Below, piece by piece: positions 56,330-64,000 of a stretch of 64,000 nucleotides of DNA. The first letter of the stretch is position 1; every line of letters begins with the position of its first letter. The notes beneath the pieces are model-generated. The model made no database searches. It was not told the origin of the DNA and saw nothing but the letters and a program-made list of their open reading frames with translations. A program made the position numbers and the translations under genes. Source of the stretch: Tubiluchus corallicola (taxonomy: Eukaryota; Animalia; Priapulida); contig JAQGDQ010000040.1 of NCBI GenBank assembly GCA_030141605.1, forward strand, positions 124,001 to 188,000, in the 5' to 3' direction.

Positions 56330-58195
56330 CTATAACTACTGCAGGGCTACAGGTTTTCCAACCTTCAACTAATCTTAACTTGTCGACTTGCTCGTTTTAT
56401 TGTGTTTTTCTTTTTGTGTAGAAAAGACAGATTTATGTATGTCAACCGTTTTCTTGTTACACATTTTTGTTTCTTTTGGAATGTTTTTTTGAGGTATGAG
56501 GAGGTAGCAGATGGTTAAGCCGGCATCAACCAATGCAAATGTTAGTAGCTTTTAACAACAGTGTCTCTGAAGCCCATTCTGGGTATTTCTAGTATTTTTG
56601 TATGTTTTTGTTAGTAGAATATGAATATCTCTGTTGTATGTCATTTGGCGTTTGTTTAGATGCGGTAGACCAACAGCAGTGAGTAGGGACAACCTACATG
56701 CGTAGAGTTTAGTTATAATTCAGAGTTATTTTTCATTTGTATTTTGTGTAACATAAATGATGAGCTATAGTAGGTGATTAGGTGCAGCTAGATCTATTTG
56801 CCAAGTAGCATTCTGTATGTTTTTCCCATGTGCAGTATTGTGATTTTTGCAGCAGGTTATATAGTTGAGTGATAGTGTTAAAACATATAAATAAAGAAGA
56901 TGATGTTTTTGTTATAGGAATTAAGACCAGCATGCAAAGAACAGTAACTTGTATATGTTTACTAATATTTTAAAGAGTCTGCTTGTAAGCTGCCATAGCT
57001 GTTATCTTTGTTACTACTTGTATCCATCAATTCAATACTGTATTGTTGATGCTTAAAAAGAAACAACTGTGGCTGAATTCTATTGACTGAAAACAATTTA
57101 GTGACATGTACATGTGTACTAGTGTGATTTTCACAAGAAATCATTTTTGGAATGTTGTAATTTGTATTAGTAAAAAATTATAGATTAGTTGATGAACAAC
57201 TATTGCCTTGGGTGCAAAAAATAAAATTAAAATGAAGCATGTGTACATCGAGTAACCCTTTTTAGTCAACAGAAAAATAAATTATAAGAGAGGAATTTGC
57301 ATATTGCTTCTGGTCATCGTAACAGCTCCATTACTCTTGATAATACAGCGATCATCATTATTACATGGCACTGATGTACAGTTAGTAGATCATTAGGTCT
57401 GCATATTTCATTGGATCGTGCCACATAAGTTTCATTTTTACAAGTGTTGCATACATTCGTATATATAGAAACATGTAGTACATATATATATATATATATA
57501 ATAAATTGCAAAAACGTTCATCATCATCTGAGCTTAAAAAATTAAATGTGAGACATCGTAGTTTGCCTTCTGCTGTCGCACCTTAGGACTCTTCAAAACG
57601 AAGTATTGTTCAGGATCGGAAATGTTCCATTGAGGACTTTTTGCGTGTAATTCACTCACGTGAGTAATATATCTCCTCTTGCTTTCTTTTATAACTGAAG
57701 TTGTGCATGAAAAGCTTTAATACGTAGGCTGTCTTCTGGTAATCTCAGAGCTTGGCCACCAGTCTTATGCGTTTAATCTTCCTAGTCCATTTTTTCCTTG
57801 TCTTTGTTCTGCAAATATTTATTACTTATACCTATTTTAGTTTCAGTAACGACCTGTATAAACATCATTATGAAACCGTTAATTGCTAGTTGATTGTCCT
57901 TTTAGTTTCACAGATTTAGATGCGTTCTCAGAGAGAGATTTCTAAGGTGGCGCAAAAGGGACGCTATAATGAGCATCATGTTTTTGGGCAAGCTCTGCTT
58001 TCTGCTACTTCGTTATTATGAGTGCGCGTGAAGTTTTTGCAACAATTTTCATTACGTGTACTCCGTGTAGTGAACTATTTGCGTGTAAATAGCAAATAGT
58101 TAAAAGTGTCAATTTACTATGTTATCTATAAATGTTCAAATCGGGTAAAAAGCATCAACAAGGTCTTTTTACAAGTAATAACATTCTACTTTTTC

Positions 58196-58455
58196 ATTTA
58201 AATCAAACGATATTACGGTGTTTTTGTCGATGGTCTTTTAATTGCAAAATGTTTTCAAAATATTCAAGAAACTGCCATCATTTTTAATTGTTATAATATT
58301 AATGCAATTAATCACGTATAAGCTGATTTAAATAAAACGATATTACAGTATTCTTGTTGATGGTCTTTTATTTGTAAAATGCTTTCAAAATATTCAAGAA
58401 ACTGCTATCATTATTAATTGTTATAATATTAGTGTAGTTAATCATGATTAAGCTA
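58196..58455. repeat. Tandem duplication, 2 x 130 bp
   Basis: 58196-58325 and 58326-58455 align without large gaps (atttaaat.aaacgatattac...caaaatattcaagaaactgc...aagct). Confidence 0.9.
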
Positions 58456-59952
58456 TACAGTACTGGTAACTGCCACAGTGTGAGTTACAGTACTAACTTC
58501 AGGAAATCTGCACGAGTACACTTAGTCACCACGTCTGCACCTAACTAAATTTCGCTTGTATTCTGTTAAACTGCTACATTATACAATTTCTTTACCTCAC
58601 AGCCTATTTTTTGAAATTTAATAAAGTTCATTATCATTATAGTTAATGCTAATGATCACAGCACAATGACCACAATCTTAATCATTTATAATATTTCCAT
58701 ATTTTAGGTTATCTAAATATTACCAGATTGCTGTTTTTATGCAGCTGGCCTCAAGTAGGAGTTACTGCTGCATTTTTTCAATTTACAGTAATTTCATGTG
58801 CTAATCCTGTCAGAAGTTAGACTATGACATTTAAATAAATTTACTGATACGTTGTATTGATACATTGATACATTACATACGTTGATACATTAAAATCATC
58901 AATTAAATGCAAATAATTAATTGTTATTATGGTTTTACTTATTATTTATTATACGCTTAATAACAAATCAAGAGTTCCAATAACTGCAGTTTTTCTGCTA
59001 TTGGTATTTTGATGATTTTAGGATGCAGGGTTATATTGGTGTATTACACATTATTCGGCTTACGTGAGTGGATAACGAAGAAGCTTATATCAACGATGAA
59101 AGATCAGCTAACTTAAACCATATAAGTGAAGGTTGAACAAGAGAACCTGTTTTATAAACACAAAAAGAATGGTATCTATTCCTGAGATTATAATGGACGA
59201 AAACTTGTCAGAAACAACAGACTTCATCTTCATCTCTGTGTGATGAACTGAGGAGTCATGTTAAGTAAATGAACTGTCGAACAAACTGTCAGCTAGACCG
59301 AACTTCAATGCTAGTACATTATGTGACTGTATATACTGCTTTTTCATTATTGTATTTATTGTTTGCCTCTACATAGCATGTGATTCACTCATTTTTTGTC
59401 CTCTTATAGTGAAACACTACGTTGCATTGTGCAAAAATACAATGAGTTTTTGTATTTAATTTTAAAAGTGGCTTAATTATGTTCAATGTATTTTACATGC
59501 CAAACCAATTTTTGCAATTGTAATTGTAAGATTGTAAAATGTAAATACTGTATTTCTGTCTTTTTTTAAACAATTTGTTTAAGTTGGTAAATATATATAT
59601 GGTTACTACTACAAGTGACAGCATTTTTGTTCATTTTAAATATAGTAACAACTATATTACTGTAATTAATACCTTCTTTAGCTTGTGTAATAATGATTTC
59701 TAAGTAAGTTTTTAGCTACCCAGTTGCAGAAAAAACCAATTATTTATAATTTCAAGTTTATTATTATAATTAATGATGGAATAAATTCACAATTGTTGAA
59801 TCTGAAACTAAATTTGCTCCAACATGGAAAATGTGAAAAATTCGGGAAAAAACAGTTGAACGTAAATGTCTTCATTAGAGACACTGGAAAAACATTTTCA
59901 AACCCTTTGAAAAACTTTGTTAACAGTCTACTCTTCTTTTATGGAGGATTGT

Positions 59953-60513
59953 TGTTGGCATGCTTCTGTCTCTTCCATTGAAGACAATGGAGTGTGTGCC
60001 AAGAGAGTCAGTTATTGATCACATTGATGGAGCTGCAGCGTCGACTGTGGCTGAGCAATCCGATCCTTGAACCACTGGAGTGGCCTCTCCAGGGCACACG
60101 CCTGGGCAATGTGTATGGAGATCCTGAGTTGCCTAGACAACAGGAACCCCCTCTCTTCCTCCCTGGTGTAGTCCAAAGGAAAGTGGAGTGATACGTTTGG
60201 CACCAGGTTGGCTGCAGGAGCTGCCGGAGTCAGTGAGCATGCTGCACTGGTCCGCCTTCGGGGCTCCACTCCTGATTTGAAAGTTTACTCCTCTACACAT
60301 GGCTGTTGGGTCACTTGACCTCCTCTGCCCTCTAACCGTTGGCTGCTTGTGCAGCTCCTCTGCCTAGTGTCGAGATACAGTGTGGACATCCCGCAAGGGT
60401 ACAGCACCTGGTATTCGTAAGCGGTCACCCTCCAACTACTAACAAGGCTCTGCGTTGCTTAACTTTGGTGATCAGACGAGAATCGGTGTTTTCACCGTGA
60501 TATGGTCGTAGAC
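59953..60513 (-). mobile_element. Full-length 5S rRNA-headed SINE (SINE3) with bipartite RTE-derived body
   Basis: 5S head 60513-60400; GC-rich RTE-5'UTR-like body; RTE ORF C-terminal peptide SRIGLLSHSRRCS (60070-60032); hairpin ccattg/caatgg; end GCATGCCAACAACAA; TSD tatggaggattgt (59940-59952) vs taaggaggatagt (60514-60526), 11/13 match. Confidence 0.85.
60400..60513 (-). rRNA. 5S rRNA-homologous segment (degenerate SINE head, not judged a functional 5S gene)
   Basis: Minus strand GTCTACGACCATATCACGGTGAAAACACCGATTCTCGTCTGATCACCAAAGTTAAGCAACGCAGAGCCTTGTTAGTAGTTGGAGGGTGACCGCTTACGAATACCAGGTGCTGTA aligns along animal 5S rRNA. Box A and Box C are recognisable, but the last few nt and the oligo-T terminator are missing. 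Confidence 0.8.
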
Positions 60514-61380
60514 TAAGGAGGATAGTACAGCCCTTTTCAGTGTCCAACTTAAAACCTACAAAAGACGGTACACAGAAACAAAGTTGTTCCCTAGCAAAGC
60601 ATCTTTGGGACACAGCATAAAAATAAAAGATCTATTTCAGGGTCACTAGGAACCTAACTGCTAATTAACTACTTTTCTTTGAATTGCTCTTCTCGAATTA
60701 GGTCAAGTCACTTAACTGTGGACTGTTTTTCAAGTTGTGAAAAATTACGTACTGTTTAATATATTGTACCTGGAAAACAATTATTTTGGAGTGAATATGC
60801 AAGTTGTTGAATTCACCCACAGTCCCACAGGTTACATTAGATTTAGATTTATTTATTTTATCCGGATATAGTTACATCAGTAAACATGCTGGTTAGTAAT
60901 TAATTAATTATATACTAGCATAAAACTAGTACGGGAGCGAAATAACAAATTTGATTAAAAGTGTAAAAAATTTCGTTAGAAATGGCTGCAATAATATTAT
61001 TAAATACAGACCTAATTGTATAGATTAACACATATTTTTGACGGCTACTGGAAGGCCTCTATTACTGCAATCAGGAAAAAGCAAAAAGGTTATTTGAAAT
61101 TTTTTAGGAGCAAATTTTTTAGAAATATGCGCGAAACGCCTTTGAACATACATGTTAGTAAGTTGCTAACGGCCGCTGTTGCCCAGCAACATGGTGCCCT
61201 TTAGCGTCACACGTTCGAAGTACTGTTCTACGCGTAAGCTAGAAAATCTCATACCCAAGCGCTTCATCTATCTGATATTTTCATTGTAGAATATTCAAGG
61301 AAAATAAACTAATGTGAAATGAAGTATTTTCAGCTTGTTGTGCCTGGGTGCTGCACGTGTTGCTCTTAGTTTGCCTCAAG

Positions 61381-63864
61381 ATGGCAGCTGCCGGTGTCAG
61401 TTCAAGCGAAGAACTTCATTTAAACTGTAAAGATTTTGCCGAATTTCAGGATACGCTAAAAACAATGAGAGCGGTAGACGACAAAATAATAAATGTTCTA
61501 AATACAACCATACCAACGGAGTCCTTTAAGAGCGAAATAAATGCAACTGAACGATGTAAAGAACTCTTTGATCAAGTACGTATACGCGAACTAGTTAGGT
61601 ACTGCCCCTGGTTTTTGTTTTAAAGTTGAATCGAAAGAAAAATAAGTTACAGTCGTCAGGCGTACTAACTTACAAGTGCATATAGTTATTCAATTTTTGA
61701 GATAGAGAAGCGTGCCACAACTATTTACTGTACACTATTCTGGAAATTTATTGGTGACATTTTTACCCTGATTAAGCTGTTTAAGACAGTTATTGAATTA
61801 AGGCATAATGATATTAGTTGGACTGGGGTGAGGGGGGGGATTCATCTACCATATTCAAGGCTGTTTTATTCACTATAAAATACTTACACATCTGAATAGA
61901 GCCGTAGTGATACTTTTATAGTTCTGTGTCTTTCTTCATATGATTTTCTTTGATATTAAATAAGCCAGGTTTCAACGACATCACAACCATCTACAATAAG
62001 TAGGCTTTGCCACTAAGTGCTGGATCGTAGCTTACAATGTAGTACTGTATCACCTGGTGACTGCACACATTTTCTTTAGTCACACATGGTTCTCAATTTT
62101 TTGATACCATAGTTTTAGTGAGGCAGCAAACCAAAATTGTGGAATGATTTACAAATTCATGCACGTAAAAGCAATAATGTTCAAAAGTTGAAATCATTTT
62201 TTAAAATGTATTTTTATAAAGAATCATTTTTAATTAATTAGAAATTTAATTATTAGTTATTATATGGACTTATGGATTTAATTTGGGCTAATTTCTGGTG
62301 ATTTTTGTATACATTTACTATAATTTTAGTTTTATCTATAATAGCCGATTGTGTACTGCTTGCGTGTTATGATTTTATGTATGTAAAATGTATTTGTCCG
62401 TTTTAATGTTAATACATTTTAAATATTCAGTAAATTTTTATTTTGCTGACTGCCAAACTGTAAAAAGTGATCAGAGGTTCTGTGATGTTCTGGCAGTTCA
62501 GGCTTCTCAAAATGGTTAGTTGACTTTTTTGGCACATTTGAATAGCGTGCTCTTGTGCTGGGATTCAGGGGGTGTGGCTTCAGGGTAGGGATGCACCGAA
62601 ACCCGATTTTACCAAACCGAACTGAACTGGTACAAAAATTTTCAAACCTTTTTGGCTGAACCGATTTTAAAATGAATTTCTATCATTTTATTTTGCCGAA
62701 ACCGAATTGAGCCAAACTCCACAAATTTTTTTACCAAAAACCGAATTATTAACTTATAGTAATAACTTTCAGTAGTTACACGCAACCTCAGCAGGTTTTT
62801 CAAAAGAAGTTTATTTTCACACTTGGAGAAGTAAAATTTTTGTATTACATAAGCTCCTTGGTATGCTTACAAATTTCATCTTGATAACCCAAGTAGTAAG
62901 GAACCAGTACTCAAATCAGTTTTCAGTAATAGATAACAGTATAATAATTACTTTGTTATTGTATCCTAACCAGTTCATGTAGTCAACATTTTACATAGTG
63001 CATTAGTGTCTCAAATATTTTACACTAAATTTCAATCTGCTGTGTTAAATTCCGAAGTTTGGTGCACCCTTACTTCTAGGAGACTTTTTACTGTGCTAAC
63101 CGTGCTTTCATTGTAACTGCTAGTATTACGGTCTTCTATTCTTCTTGTTTTATTCTTTTTTAATAAGCGTATGCCTAGTATAGTCAAGTGGGGGACTTAC
63201 AGTTACAATTAATTACCTACCTACGAGTAATTTTACTTTACATCTTTAATAAGCTAAAGTCTGCATACTATACAGTTACGGTAAAATTCTTCAAAGATAG
63301 ATATAGTACTCAAGCTTCTACAATTTGTGTAGAAAATGATATTAATAATCGTTTTAAAGTTATTTCGCGTAAATGTACATATAATTTTAGATGCCGTGTT
63401 TTAAACTCTTCTAATGGTTTATTAAAATGTGCAATTTACACTAGTGATGTTTTTGTATGCTCCAAGATTTTTGCCCACTGGAATGCAATTTTAATGTACT
63501 TTCAGTACAAGTCATTTCTGTAAATATTTTAACTAATTTCTCTTCTTATTTTTCTGTAAATTGTAAGTTTATGTTTTTATAATTTGTTTTTTTTGGTAAT
63601 CATTGTATTGTTGTGGCTTTCGACTATATTTGCGAGCTGAAATCAAGAGTAAAATAAAAAAATGAATAATTTAAAGGGTAACTTGGGTGACTTTGCCTTT
63701 TTTATTTTCAAAACTAGCTGCAGACAAATTACAGACAGAGAGATGTGGCTGTGAGACATTGTATTAAAGAAGCCAAAGAAACTGTAGATGCTGTGAGAGA
63801 AAAGAAAAATGCAGAACCAGACAACATAGATTTGTTGAGACAACTTCGGAAGGAACAAACTACG
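61381..63864 (+). CDS. CCDC58: CCDC58 / MIX23 (mitochondrial intermembrane space protein), first two coding exons; gene continues past the window
   Basis: Exon 61381-61575 (NCKDFAEFQDTLKTMRAVDDKIINVLNTTIPTESF..CKELFDQ) and exon 63718-63864 (RDVAVRHCI..LLRQLRKEQT), both phase 0 with GT-AG sites. A probable 5' UTR intron lies at 61234-61333. Confidence 0.93.
62586..63072. mobile_element. hAT-type MITE in a CCDC58 intron
   Basis: TAGGGATGCACCGAA ... TTTGGTGCACCCTTA; 8-bp flanks cttcaggg vs cttctagg (6/8 match); subterminal aaccga repeats. Confidence 0.75.
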
Positions 63865-64000
63865 GTATGTGTAATTAATGTAACTTAAAATGAGTTTGTA
63901 CAAAACTTAATGAAAATTCGTTTTGAGCAAAGTGTTCACATGTTTTGTAATAGACCATCAAATAATTAATGACAGCAAAAGTTTAAAGGAAAAACCAACT

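Noticed and set aside
59994-60269. 65-aa and 85-aa ORFs in GC-rich sequence
   Set aside because: They lie inside the SINE body; only the short RTE C-terminal peptide in another frame is meaningful.
60400-60513. Functional 5S rRNA gene
   Set aside because: Single copy, a Box C deletion and helix mismatches, no 3' end or oligo-T terminator, and fused to a retroposon body inside a TSD.

Overview
AT-rich genomic DNA from an invertebrate animal (spliceosomal GT-AG introns, many decayed transposons); the species cannot be named from sequence alone. I rebuilt seven genes by hand with phase-consistent exons: CMPK1 (-, 6 coding exons), DHRS7 (-, 7 exons), an intronless and highly atypical class A GPCR (+), RPS4 (-, 7 exons), a C6orf120/UPF0669 homolog (-), PDCD5 (+) and the first two coding exons of CCDC58/MIX23 (+). 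Between and inside the genes lie two decayed Ty3/Gypsy elements, CR1/L2/RTE LINE remnants, hAT-, Kolobok- and TA-type MITEs, and several palindromes. The most striking feature is a complete ~560-bp SINE at 59953-60513 (-): a 5S rRNA-derived head fused to an internally deleted (bipartite) RTE LINE body, with a short CAA tail and a target-site duplication. Also notable: a Penelope-type palindrome carrying degenerate minimal hammerhead cores, two paralogous hairpin elements in adjacent RPS4 introns, a stop-start uORF plus in-frame upstream ATG in CMPK1, an L2 tail acting as a DHRS7 splice acceptor, and a MITE abutting the probable PDCD5 promoter. All family assignments come from recognising motifs by eye; no database search was run.
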